DNA of 7,721 nucleotides from positions 1 to 7,721 of the forward strand of contig JALDTO010000032.1 in the NCBI GenBank assembly GCA_023515725.1, given 5' to 3'. The translations under genes were made by a program, and so were the position numbers. This document shows, piece after piece, positions 7,537 through 7,721 of this stretch; the first letter of the stretch is position 1; every line of letters begins with the position of its first letter. Under the pieces are notes generated by a model. The model ran no database searches. It saw nothing but the letters and a program-made list of their open reading frames with translations, and was not told where the DNA came from. Origin of the DNA: Amoeboaphelidium protococcarum X5 (Eukaryota > Fungi > Aphelidiomycota).

Positions 7537-7721
7537 TCATTCATTGCTCTCGTCTTCGTCAGAGGACAGACTATGGATCTCCCTACAATGAAATCTATAC
7601 ATACCGTCGGTATCAAGATGTGCAACTAATTCTGCACTTTCAGACTAACAAAATAGTAGTAGAGTTTGATGTTTCAATAATTTCATAGAATACAAGATCA
7701 CTGTTCAATCCATGGCTGGCC

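Larger units (their letters stand above)
4446..7721 (-). mobile_element. Ty1/copia LTR retrotransposon (3' portion; gag, protease and 5' LTR lie beyond the window end)
   Basis: Domain order integrase, RT, RNase H (copia order), followed by a polypurine tract and a TGTTAG LTR start. Confidence 0.95.

Noticed and set aside
1-7721. Interpretation as a field of pseudogenes riddled with nonsense mutations
   Set aside because: Interruptions are almost only TAA/TAG, at conserved Gln sites, with no frameshifts inside the conserved domains; a code change explains them.

Overview
Compact, intron-poor eukaryotic DNA that does not use the standard genetic code. TAA/TAG are read as Gln and TGA is the only stop (translation-table-6 type), so the supplied ORF track fragments every gene. 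Re-read in that code, the window holds five things. (i) The 5' part of a GPI ethanolamine-phosphate transferase 1 gene (MCD4/PIGN, minus, 714 to <1). (ii) A divergent intergenic region with two 17-bp CGG-N11-CCG-type palindromes and a GA tract inside inverted repeats. (iii) The N-terminal ~300 codons of an ARMH3/C10orf76-like gene (1436+), joined out of frame at ~2345 to the C-terminal two-thirds of the DEAD-box helicase DBP9/DDX56 (ends at TGA 3399); this looks like a deletion junction leaving two half-genes. (iv) A small two-exon orphan coiled-coil gene (minus, 4076-3614). (v) The 3' ~3.3 kb of a Ty1/copia LTR retrotransposon (minus; integrase-RT-RNase H, PPT, 3' LTR) written in the same reassigned code, with a true TGA nonsense codon just upstream of the integrase. 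Fungal-like proteins plus UAR=Gln suggest the aphelid Amoeboaphelidium protococcarum or a relative; this is inference and was not verified.
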